This document shows, piece after piece, positions 26,246 through 32,000 of a stretch of DNA of 32,000 nucleotides. This DNA comes from Clostridium sp. OM02-18AC. GTDB lineage: Bacteria > Bacillota > Clostridia > Lachnospirales > Lachnospiraceae. The position numbers and the translations under genes were made by a program. The notes under the pieces are model-generated. The model was not told the origin of the DNA and searched no databases. It saw nothing but the letters and a program-made list of their open reading frames with translations. The stretch lies in NCBI RefSeq assembly GCF_003481825.1, contig NZ_QULW01000027.1, positions 9,737 through 41,736 of the forward strand, given 5' to 3'. How positions within the stretch are numbered: the first letter of the stretch is position 1; the number at the start of each line of letters is the position of its first letter.

Positions 26246-26513
26246 CGCCTAATGCTTTTTAGATTTTCTTCGCAATCGTAGACAGCTCCGAAATAATACT
26301 AAGAAGATCATTTTTGGCAAGCTCCGTGCGGCAGAATTGGAGCGTGAAAATACGTAGCTACGTCGGAAAGTCCACAGCTATGAGGATGTAATTCAGCGTA
26401 ATAAAAGGAATTTGAGATTGAAAAGGGACGCTTCTCTTTCCGACTGACCGCCCCATACAGAGAGGAACGCCGCAGGGCGGCAAGCGAAGCGGCAAAAAAC
26501 GAATAAAAGGGTT

Positions 26514-27665
26514 TTAGGGCTTCGTTGATTGTTGCGTTGGCAACCCCACCACAATGGTAGTGCCCTTCTCCGAACTTTTCTCCACCCAAACGGAGCCGCC
26601 GTGGAGATCGGCGATCTCCCATACCAGTGAGAGCCCCAGTCCTGCGCCACCGTATTCCCGGCTGCGAGACTTGTCCACCCGGAAGAAGGGCTGGAAGATG
26701 CTGCGCTGATACACCTCCGGAATGCCGCAGCCGGTGTCGGAGACGCGGAGCAAGAGCTTTTCCAACTCCTGAGTGACAGAAACCCGTACCGAGCCGCCCG
26801 GCCGGTTGTACTTGACAGCATTCTCCGTCAGGTTGAAGATCAGCCGGTAGATCAGTGCATCGCTGCCGGTCATAATGCCGTCGCCCTCCGCCGTCAGCGT
26901 GACGCCGCGCTTATCTGAGAGCGGCGCAAGATCTGTGAAGATCTCCTCGATCATGGGAGCGAGCTGGATCCGCTCGTTCCGCGCCACCTGCCGCAGATTG
27001 CTCATCTCCAGCAGTGTCCTGGTCATCTGTATCAGCCGTTCCGTCTGCTCACGCAAAAGCGTAAGGAACTCCGCCGTCTCCGGTCGCACGTCAGGATGCT
27101 CCGCGGAAAACAGCTCCAACTGCGCCTGCATTAGTGCCAGTGGCGTGCGCAGCTCGTGGGCGGCGTTGCCGGTGAACTGCCGCTGGGCGGAAAAGGCGTT
27201 GTTCAGCCGCTCCAGCATCTGGTTGAACGAGCGGCTCAGCTGCCGGAACTCCGAAATAGCGTCTTCATCGATCCTCATATCGGCAAGATTGTTCAGCTGC
27301 ACCTGCTCCACCTGCGAGGTAAAGCTGCGCAGGGGCTTGAGAGCGCGTCCGCTGACGAAATAGGCGAGGATGCCGCTGAGCAGCGTTACCGCCGCCGTGA
27401 TGTACCAGTTGGTGGTGCGGAAGCGCCCCTGCACCCCATCGACGACGATGATCAACTCCTCGTTGGGCGCTATGAGCTGCGGGTCAAAGCTCGCCGCTCC
27501 GCCATCATTCAGGATCACCGTGCCGCCGCCTTGTAAACTGTCCGCAATGGTGTCCATATAGTACACACCGGAGGAGCACAGCAGCAAATTCATGGCCACG
27601 CAGGTGATACCGATGAGCAGAACGGACATCAGCGTGATGCGCCACTGCAGGGAAAACCGCTTCAT
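26514..27665 (-). CDS. Sensor histidine kinase (two TM segments, HAMP, HisKA, HATPase_c)
   Basis: 383 aa. It has the H-box FTGNAAHELRTPL, the N-box NLTENAVKYN and the G-boxes DTGCGI / GGAGLGLS. An extracytoplasmic loop of about 60 aa lies between the TM segments. Confidence 0.9.
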   Translation of the reverse strand: MKRFSLQWRITLMSVLLIGITCVAMNLLLCSSGVYYMDTIADSLQGGGTVILNDGGAASFDPQLIAPNEELIIVVDGVQGRFRTTNWYITAAVTLLSGILAYFVSGRALKPLRSFTSQVEQVQLNNLADMRIDEDAISEFRQLSRSFNQMLERLNNAFSAQRQFTGNAAHELRTPLALMQAQLELFSAEHPDVRPETAEFLTLLREQTERLIQMTRTLLEMSNLRQVARNERIQLAPMIEEIFTDLAPLSDKRGVTLTAEGDGIMTGSDALIYRLIFNLTENAVKYNRPGGSVRVSVTQELEKLLLRVSDTGCGIPEVYQRSIFQPFFRVDKSRSREYGGAGLGLSLVWEIADLHGGSVWVEKSSEKGTTIVVGLPTQQSTKP

Positions 27666-28339
27666 TCCTCCTCGCCTCCCATCAGATAGCCCTCGCCGAT
27701 GCGGTTGCGGATGGGGTCATAGCCCAGCACGGCGCGGAGCTTTTTGCGCAGGGCGGAGATGTGGACGCGAATGGAATTGCTGAAGCTGTCCACGCTATTG
27801 TCCCAAACGTGATCCATCAGCTCCTCCTGACTTACTGGCCTTCCTTGATGCACCATCAGGTATTCCAGGATTCCCGTTTCCTTCCGGGTGAGCGTCAGCG
27901 TCTGCCCGTTGACGGTGGCGGTACGGGAGCGGGTGTCAAAGGTCAGGTCTCCGCAGCTTAGCAGCACATCCTGCTGGGTGAACTGCCGCAATGTCAGGCT
28001 GCGGATGCGGGCCTCCAGCTCCGCCAAGTGGAAGGGCTTCGCCAGATAGTCGTTCGCCCCGGCATCCAGCCCCTGCACCTTGTCCTCCACTTCGCTGCGG
28101 GCGGAGAGGATCAGCACCCGCGTCTCCCGGTCGGTCTGCCGCAGGGTGCGCAGCACCGTCATGCCGTCCTTTTTCGGCAGATTCAGATCAAGAAGCACCA
28201 GATCGTATCGTTCCACGCCCAGAAGCGCCAGCGCCTTTTCGCCGTCATAGCAGTAGTCCACGCTGTAGGCCAGCCGCCGCAGGCTGCGAACGATAGTCTC
28301 GCACAGGGCGCGTTCATCTTCAATTACTAAAAGGTGCAT
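27662..28339 (-). CDS. OmpR-family response regulator
   Basis: 225 aa. The receiver domain (LVIEDE...DLVLLDLNLPKKDG) is followed by a winged-helix output domain (LTRKETGILEYL). It overlaps the kinase gene by 4 nt. Confidence 0.93.
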   Translation of the reverse strand: MHLLVIEDERALCETIVRSLRRLAYSVDYCYDGEKALALLGVERYDLVLLDLNLPKKDGMTVLRTLRQTDRETRVLILSARSEVEDKVQGLDAGANDYLAKPFHLAELEARIRSLTLRQFTQQDVLLSCGDLTFDTRSRTATVNGQTLTLTRKETGILEYLMVHQGRPVSQEELMDHVWDNSVDSFSNSIRVHISALRKKLRAVLGYDPIRNRIGEGYLMGGEEE

Positions 28340-28420
28340 GAGAGTCCTCCTTTTTATTTCTTCATTTTTGTGTTGCTTTCATTATAGCAAAAACAGATAA
28401 GGTTTGCGTTAAGTTTTCGT

Positions 28421-28455
28421 TCTTAACAGAGACTTTAACTCTCCCGCGCTATGAT
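28421..28455 (+). promoter_or_regulatory. Candidate response-regulator-dependent promoter (direct repeats overlapping the -35, plus TATGAT)
   Basis: cTTAACagaga / cTTTAACtctc repeats sit about 12 nt apart (TTAAC at 28423-28427 and 28435-28439, with a further TTAAG at 28409-28413). TATGAT lies at 28450-28455, about 32 nt before the small-ORF ATG. Confidence 0.35.
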
Positions 28456-28486
28456 GGGGGCAGAAAATCGGAAAGGGTGATGAAAA

Positions 28487-28633
28487 ATGAGCTGCAAGAA
28501 AAAGGCCGCAGCGCAGGTCGTGCTGCTGATGGCCGGAGCCGCCATGCTGTGCTTCGGTGTCTGGCGGGGCGAGGCGGCGACAGTGCTGAGCAAAGCAATC
28601 AAATTATGTCTGGAGTGTGTGGGCATTGGGTAA
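28487..28633 (+). CDS. 48-aa membrane peptide with C-terminal CxxC (below the ORF-track size cutoff)
   Basis: The ATG at 28487 follows GAAAGGGTGA and encodes MSCKKKAAAQVVLLMAGAAMLCFGVWRGEAATVLSKAIKLCLECVGIG*. That gives one TM helix plus CLEC. Its stop overlaps the possible TTG start of the next gene. From memory it resembles the short CXXC peptides labelled CD1871A-family in databases. Confidence 0.65.
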   Translation: MSCKKKAAAQVVLLMAGAAMLCFGVWRGEAATVLSKAIKLCLECVGIG

Positions 28634-29534
28634 AAAGTTTTCAGGCGTTTCACAGACCATGTCCCGCTTCCGGGGCTGGATTCAGGCGGGGGCGACGCTG
28701 CTGACCAACCTGCATCTGCCGAACTTTCTCAAGGGCGGACTGTATCAGGGGGCGGGGAAGACCGTCTGCGTGCCGGGACTGAACTGCTACTCCTGTCCGG
28801 CGGCGTCCGGGGCCTGCCCCATTGGGGCGTTTCAGGCAGTGGTGGGGTCTTCCAAGTTCAGCTTCTCCTACTATATCACAGGCTTTCTCATTTTGCTGGG
28901 AGTCCTGCTGGGACGCTTTATCTGCGGCTTTCTATGCCCCTTCGGCTGGTTTCAGGAGCTGCTGCACAAAATCCCCACGAAGAAGCTTTCCACAAAAAGG
29001 CTGAAGCCGCTGACATACCTGAAATACGCTGTCCTGCTGGTGATGGTTTTCCTGCTACCAGTGTTCCTTGTGAACGATGTTGGCATGGGAGACCCGTTCT
29101 TCTGCAAATACCTCTGCCCCCAAGGCGTACTGGAGGGAGCCATCCCGCTGTCCCTTGCCAATTCCGGCATCCGGGCGGCGCTGGGCAAGCTGTTTACATG
29201 GAAATTCAGCATCCTGCTGTCGGTGATCGCGCTGAGCGTGCTGTTCTACCGACCGTTCTGCAAGTGGCTTTGCCCGCTTGGCGCGTTCTATGCGCTGTTC
29301 AACCGGGTGTCCCTCTTCCAGATGAAGGTGGACAAGAGTAAGTGCGTCTCCTGTGGGAAATGTGCCAGAGCCTGCAAGATGGATGTGGATGTGACGAAAA
29401 CGCCCAACCATACCGAGTGCATCCGCTGCGGAATGTGCATCCGCGCCTGTCCAACGAACGCCGTGTGCTTCCGCTACGGCTTCGGCAACGGGAAAGAAAC
29501 AACAAAGAAAACAACGATGGAGGAATCAAAATGA
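28626..29534 (+). CDS. Membrane-bound 4Fe-4S binding protein (NapH/MauN-like polyferredoxin)
   Basis: It has repeated CP motifs in or near TM helices (CYSCPAASGACP, FLCPFGW, YLCPQG, WLCPLG). Two ferredoxin motifs are also present (CVSCGKCARAC and CIRCGMCIRACP). The start is uncertain: TTG 28626 (coupled to the upstream peptide), GTG 28617 or ATG 28659. Confidence 0.85.
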   Translation: MGKKFSGVSQTMSRFRGWIQAGATLLTNLHLPNFLKGGLYQGAGKTVCVPGLNCYSCPAASGACPIGAFQAVVGSSKFSFSYYITGFLILLGVLLGRFICGFLCPFGWFQELLHKIPTKKLSTKRLKPLTYLKYAVLLVMVFLLPVFLVNDVGMGDPFFCKYLCPQGVLEGAIPLSLANSGIRAALGKLFTWKFSILLSVIALSVLFYRPFCKWLCPLGAFYALFNRVSLFQMKVDKSKCVSCGKCARACKMDVDVTKTPNHTECIRCGMCIRACPTNAVCFRYGFGNGKETTKKTTMEESK

Positions 29535-30490
29535 ACAGGAAGAGAATTTTTGCACTGGCTTTTGCCGTGCTGATGGTGCTGGCCTTGGCGGCCTGCGGTA
29601 CGAAGAACAATGACAAGATGGGCGACATGAGCGGCAACGGCTCCGCCATGACTGGCGAGCCGAAAAACGCCGAGGAGGCGCTCGCCCTGCACAAGGAGCT
29701 GCTAGAGCAGGAGAACGCGATCCTGTCGGAAAATACCGAGCTGTGGGAAAATGTCTTTATGGAGGCTGAGAAGGGCATGGCCATGATCGAGGACGGGAAA
29801 AACTACGGCGACTTCCTGCTGGATACCGTCGAGGCCGCTAAAGAGCAGTTCACCAACAAGGAGTATGAGTGGCTGAAGGAGTCAGCCACGGAGATCAGCA
29901 ATATTGAAAACAGGCTGACCGAGTTGGAAGAGAAGTATCCCGAGATCATGCAGAAATCCATGGACGGCGATATGAACATGCCCGCAGGCAGCGACACGAG
30001 CAACTCTCCCGACGACGGCAGTATGCAGAAGTTCCCCGCCTTTGAAGGGAAAGATCTGGACGGCAACACGGTGAAGAGCGACGAGCTGTTCTCCGCCAAC
30101 GCCGTCACCGTAGTGAATTTCTGGTTCACCACCTGCAATCCCTGCGTGGGTGAGCTTGGCGAGCTGGACGCGCTGAACAAGGAACTGGCGAACAAGGGCG
30201 GCGCGCTCATCGGCATCAACTCCTTTACGCTCGACGGCGACGAGAAGGCCATCGCCGAGGCGAAGGAGGTGCTTGCCAAGAAGGGCGCGACCTATCAAAA
30301 CATCTATTTCGGCTCCGGCGGCGATGCCGGTAAGTTTGTGGAGAATGTCTTCGCCTATCCCACCACCTATGTGGTCGACCGCAGCGGCAATATCGTGGGT
30401 GAGCCCATCGTAGGCGCTGTTACCGGCAAGACGCAGGCTGAGGCGCTGCAAGCCCAGATCGACAAGGCGCTCGCCGCCGATATGGGCTGA
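29531..30490 (+). CDS. TlpA-like thioredoxin-fold lipoprotein with Met-rich N-terminal domain
   Basis: The ATG at 29531 overlaps the upstream stop as ATGA and has RBS GGAGGAA. The lipobox is LAAC. The C-terminal thioredoxin fold carries WFTTCNPC. The track ORF starting at 29342 is an over-extension. Confidence 0.88.
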   Translation: MNRKRIFALAFAVLMVLALAACGTKNNDKMGDMSGNGSAMTGEPKNAEEALALHKELLEQENAILSENTELWENVFMEAEKGMAMIEDGKNYGDFLLDTVEAAKEQFTNKEYEWLKESATEISNIENRLTELEEKYPEIMQKSMDGDMNMPAGSDTSNSPDDGSMQKFPAFEGKDLDGNTVKSDELFSANAVTVVNFWFTTCNPCVGELGELDALNKELANKGGALIGINSFTLDGDEKAIAEAKEVLAKKGATYQNIYFGSGGDAGKFVENVFAYPTTYVVDRSGNIVGEPIVGAVTGKTQAEALQAQIDKALAADMG

Positions 30491-30586
30491 CCTGAGATTT
30501 AAAAAGTGCCTGCTGCGCGCCATTGCATTGCCCTCGGCGGGCAAGGGGCGGAGTGAGCTCTGATTCCCCTGAAAGGAGGAAACGCG

Positions 30587-31702
30587 ATGTATCGAAGTGT
30601 ATTGGCCCTGCTTTTCGCCGCAGTGCTGCTGGGCGGCTGCGCCGCCGGGAAGCAGACTGTGCCGAAGGAAAAGAGCGGACAGGAAACAAACATGGACGGA
30701 GCGGCTTTTGACCGGTCCGACGAGGAGGTCACCTATATGGATACCACAGACAATGTCATCTATCTGGCGGGCGGCTGCTTCTGGGGCATGGAACAGCTGA
30801 TGCAGTCCATCCCCGGCGTCATCGATGCCGAGAGCGGCTATGCCAACGGCACCTGCGAGGCGGACGCCGATTACAAGACCGTCTGCCAAGGGAACACCGG
30901 CTTCCGGGAGGCCGTGCGGGTGGAGTATGACCCCGGGCAGGTGAGTCTCGACGCCCTGCTGCTGGCCTACTTCTATGTGATCGATCCCACGGTGGAGAAC
31001 CGACAGGGCAACGACCGGGGCAGCCAGTATCAGACCGGTGTCTATTACACCAACGAAAGCGCGAAGGAAACGGTGGAGCGCATCGCGGAGATCGAGCGGG
31101 GACGCAGTGAAAAGTTCTTCGTGGAGATAGGTCCACTCAAGAACTATTATCCTGCCGAGGAGTACCACCAGAACTACCTCGAAAAGAACCCGAACGGCTA
31201 CTGCCACATCCCGCGCGCGGAGATGGAGCTGTTTTCCCGGCTGCGCATCGATCCGGGCGACTATCAGAAGCCCGCGGCGGAATCCATCCGGGACAAGCTG
31301 ACGGCGGAGCAGTACCGTGTTACGCAGGAGAGCGGCACGGAGCGCGCTTTCACAGGCGAGTTCTGGGATAAGTTTGAAAAGGGCATCTATGTGGATGTCG
31401 TCACCGGCGAGCCGCTCTTTTCCTCCACGGATAAGTACGAGAGCGGCTGCGGCTGGCCGGCTTTCACAAAGCCCATTGAAGAGCCTGCCGTGGTGGAACT
31501 GGAGGACCTGAGCCACGGCATGCGCCGTACAGAGGTCAGAAGCCGTGCCGGAGATTCTCACCTTGGTCATGTGTTCACCGGCGATCCGGAGTCCCCCAAT
31601 GGCGTGCGCTACTGCATCAACAGTGCGGCCCTGCGCTTTGTGCCTTACGCAAAGATGAAAGCAGAGGGTTACGGATATCTTCTGTATCTGTTCGAGGAAT
31701 GA
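30587..31702 (+). CDS. msrAB: Bifunctional methionine sulfoxide reductase MsrA-MsrB, lipoprotein
   Basis: 371 aa. The lipobox is LLGGC. The MsrA active site is GGCFWGME; the MsrB motifs are GCGWPAF and RYCINS. The RBS is AAAGGAGGAA. Confidence 0.93.
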   Translation: MYRSVLALLFAAVLLGGCAAGKQTVPKEKSGQETNMDGAAFDRSDEEVTYMDTTDNVIYLAGGCFWGMEQLMQSIPGVIDAESGYANGTCEADADYKTVCQGNTGFREAVRVEYDPGQVSLDALLLAYFYVIDPTVENRQGNDRGSQYQTGVYYTNESAKETVERIAEIERGRSEKFFVEIGPLKNYYPAEEYHQNYLEKNPNGYCHIPRAEMELFSRLRIDPGDYQKPAAESIRDKLTAEQYRVTQESGTERAFTGEFWDKFEKGIYVDVVTGEPLFSSTDKYESGCGWPAFTKPIEEPAVVELEDLSHGMRRTEVRSRAGDSHLGHVFTGDPESPNGVRYCINSAALRFVPYAKMKAEGYGYLLYLFEE

Positions 31703-31728
31703 GTTCGCATAATACAATGATATAATAA

Positions 31729-31768
31729 GCAGCGGTCCAATCATTATGAACCGGGCCGCTGTCGTTTA
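31729..31768. terminator. Stem-loop / weak terminator between msrAB and the convergent small ORF
   Basis: The sequence is GCAGCGGTCCaatcattatgaaccGGGCCGCTGtcgttta, a 9-bp stem with one G-U pair and a weak T tail. Confidence 0.5.
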
Positions 31769-31781
31769 TGCTCATGTCGGT

Positions 31782-32000
31782 TTATTCAAACAGGACGTTC
31801 AGCTTGCTGTTCAGAATCAGATCGGCATAAGCAAGCGGGTCGTTGTAGATCAGATAATCCAGCTCTGACCACTGGAAGCGGTTATCGGCAACTTCGTTTT
31901 CAACGGCGGTGAAGTCAATGGAAATCCGGCTTCCATCGTCAAAAACCAGTTCTACGCTGGCTGTGTCGATGTTGAATTGACAGAAAATAAGTTTACTCAT
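31782..32000 (-). CDS. Hypothetical 72-aa acidic protein
   Basis: A complete ORF with ATG at 32000-31998 (MSKLIFCQFNIDTASVELVFDDGSRISIDF...). I recognise no motif, and its upstream region lies outside the window. Confidence 0.5.
   Translation of the reverse strand: MSKLIFCQFNIDTASVELVFDDGSRISIDFTAVENEVADNRFQWSELDYLIYNDPLAYADLILNSKLNVLFE

Noticed and set aside
26300-26513. Plus-strand frame reading KIIFGKLRAAELERENT*LRRKVHSYEDVIQRNK, a possible coiled-coil fragment of an IS3-type transposase OrfA or other mobile-element protein
   Set aside because: It is too short, is interrupted by a stop, and has no diagnostic motif. It cannot be distinguished from random sequence without a database search.
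29882-31744. 620-aa ORF antisense to both the TlpA-like gene and msrAB, spanning their intergenic gap
   Set aside because: The sense strand has unambiguous thioredoxin and MsrA/MsrB motifs with RBSs and lipoboxes. The antisense product is low-complexity (rich in L, R, A, G, H and V), as is typical of stop-poor antisense frames in GC-rich genes, and it has no RBS. The length is striking but not evidence of coding.
1-32000. Scan for tRNA/rRNA genes, CRISPR arrays, intact IS elements, integrases and toxin-antitoxin pairs
   Set aside because: By eye I found no T-loop GGTTCGA-type signatures in a cloverleaf context, no regularly spaced 25-40-nt direct repeats, and no DDE or tyrosine/serine recombinase motifs. 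Absence by inspection is weaker than a tool-based scan.

Overview
The window looks like a Firmicutes/Clostridia chromosome, possibly Lachnospiraceae-like; that guess rests only on gene content and roughly 50% GC. Positions 1-16.8 kb are almost entirely minus-strand housekeeping genes:
- a peptide/nickel ABC transporter
- ispD
- a split t6A cluster (tsaE-tsaB-rimI ... rnz-tsaD)
- tex
- an ACT-domain gene plus hom
- secA-prfB, where prfB carries the classical CTT-TGA-C +1 frameshift

The secA-hpf spacer (16.8-17.4 kb) holds a dense array of consensus DnaA boxes, yet no dnaA gene is in the window. Positions 17.4-25.7 kb are mixed-strand genes: hpf, an acyltransferase-3, an SH3/NlpC-P60 hydrolase, an SDR, an internally deleted LysR pseudogene, greA, pepT and an NSS transporter.

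From about 25.9 kb the composition changes twice. First comes an AT-rich remnant of an AEC transporter gene. Then a clearly GC-richer island (26.5-31.7 kb) encodes an OmpR/HK two-component system. Divergent from it is a putative operon of a 48-aa CXXC membrane peptide, a NapH-like membrane polyferredoxin, a TlpA-like thioredoxin lipoprotein with a Met-rich N-domain, and an MsrA-MsrB lipoprotein. I read this as a candidate CcdA/DsbD-independent extracytoplasmic methionine-sulfoxide repair system.

I recognised no rRNA, tRNA, CRISPR array, intact transposase or integrase. All calls come from reading the sequence and remembered family signatures; no searches were run.
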